The position numbers and the translations under genes are program-made. The notes under the pieces are model-generated. The model was not told the DNA's origin and ran no database searches. It saw only the letters and a list, made by a program, of their open reading frames with translations. This document shows positions 63,991 to 64,000 of a DNA stretch of 64,000 bases, piece by piece. The first letter of the stretch is position 1; each line of letters starts with the position of its first letter. The DNA is from Mobula birostris (taxonomy: Eukaryota): positions 26,205,550 to 26,269,549 of the forward strand of contig NC_092381.1 in NCBI RefSeq assembly GCF_030028105.1, read 5' to 3'.

Positions 63991-64000
63991 CTGCAGTGCT

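Overview
This is eukaryotic vertebrate genomic DNA, not a prokaryotic locus. The repeat content (CR1, Rex1/Babar, RTE, Penelope-like elements, V-type tRNA SINEs, Tc1) points to a cartilaginous fish, probably a ray; that assignment is an inference. The window lies inside a minus-strand DPYD (dihydropyrimidine dehydrogenase) gene. Four exons are recognisable, with canonical AG/GT ends and compatible phases: 60562-60630, 50734-50817 (catalytic LSCPHGM loop), 25776-25896 and 25346-25465. They correspond to human exons 15-18 (numbering recalled, not looked up). The rest is intron, heavily filled with decayed and often multiply nested transposons. Most ORFs in the supplied track are TE remnants or noise. 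Points of most interest: (1) a Penelope-like (GIY-YIG) retroelement family whose terminal repeat carries a minimal type I hammerhead ribozyme (6 traceable copies); (2) TSD-flanked fold-back insertions of that family, including a 51-bp near-perfect hairpin that turns around at a pre-existing stem-loop, and a ~250-bp inverted pair whose arms look like different subfamilies; (3) inverted copies of the family bracket the frame-symmetric catalytic exon; (4) a separate ~130-nt palindrome in unique sequence at 8933-9064; (5) unusual substitutions next to the substrate-binding Asn-Thr in DPYD exon 18. Hammerheads and inverted ends in Penelope-like elements are known in general, so I cannot claim a wholly new system; any novelty would lie in the specifics. 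TE boundaries without a stated TSD are approximate (tens of bp).
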